Shown here piece by piece: positions 63,882 to 64,000 of a DNA stretch of 64,000 nt. Below the pieces are notes generated by a model. The model did no database searches. It saw nothing but the letters and a program-made list of their open reading frames with translations, and had not been told where the DNA came from. Origin of the DNA: Macrostomum lignano (lineage: Eukaryota); the NCBI GenBank assembly GCA_002269645.1, contig NIVC01001182.1:186001-250000 (forward strand). Direction: 5' to 3'. A program made the translations under genes and the position numbers. Positions within the stretch are counted from its first letter, which is position 1; every line of letters starts with the position of its first letter.

Positions 63882-64000
63882 AAAAGCAGTTTAAACAGAG
63901 TTTTTTGCATTTATTATTATCACTATCAGTAATTTTTTATAATAATTGATAATGAGAAACTATAACTATAAAAAAACTTCAAGGTACCATATTTCCATAG

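Overview
Eukaryotic (metazoan) genomic DNA with GC-richer exons and AT-rich introns crowded with minisatellites. The style recalls repeat-rich spiralian genomes such as Macrostomum, but that is inference only. Most long ORFs in the six-frame track are tandem-repeat artefacts. Spliced genes reconstructed by hand from GT-AG sites and reading phase: (1) a melatonin-receptor-like class A GPCR (+, 991-3595, 5 exons); (2) LMAN1/ERGIC-53 (+, 7391-14743, 4 exons); (3) an 18-exon NELL-like gene (-, 48432-22782: TSPN/LamG, coiled coil, VWC, six EGF, VWC, plus an extra Ser/Thr-rich tail); (4) an ANTP-class homeobox exon (+, 51195-51556) with mixed labial/Xlox signatures; (5) RMDN1-like (-, 63881-55293). 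An RMDN1 intron contains a BEL/Pao LTR retrotransposon (56222-62804) with apparently identical 267-bp LTRs, a CAACC TSD, an iMet PBS and two frameshifts. Also present: two tRNA-derived SINE families, a LINE 3' fragment and about 30 distinct tandem arrays. Best leads: a NELL EGF exon looped between two oppositely oriented arrays of one 20-mer; a phase-compatible poly-Ala exon 32 kb upstream that may make NELL a nested antisense gene inside the homeobox gene's intron; the mosaic homeodomain; and a 4-kb minisatellite lodged inside a SINE. Several 1-2 nt frameshifts in otherwise intact genes suggest assembly indel errors.
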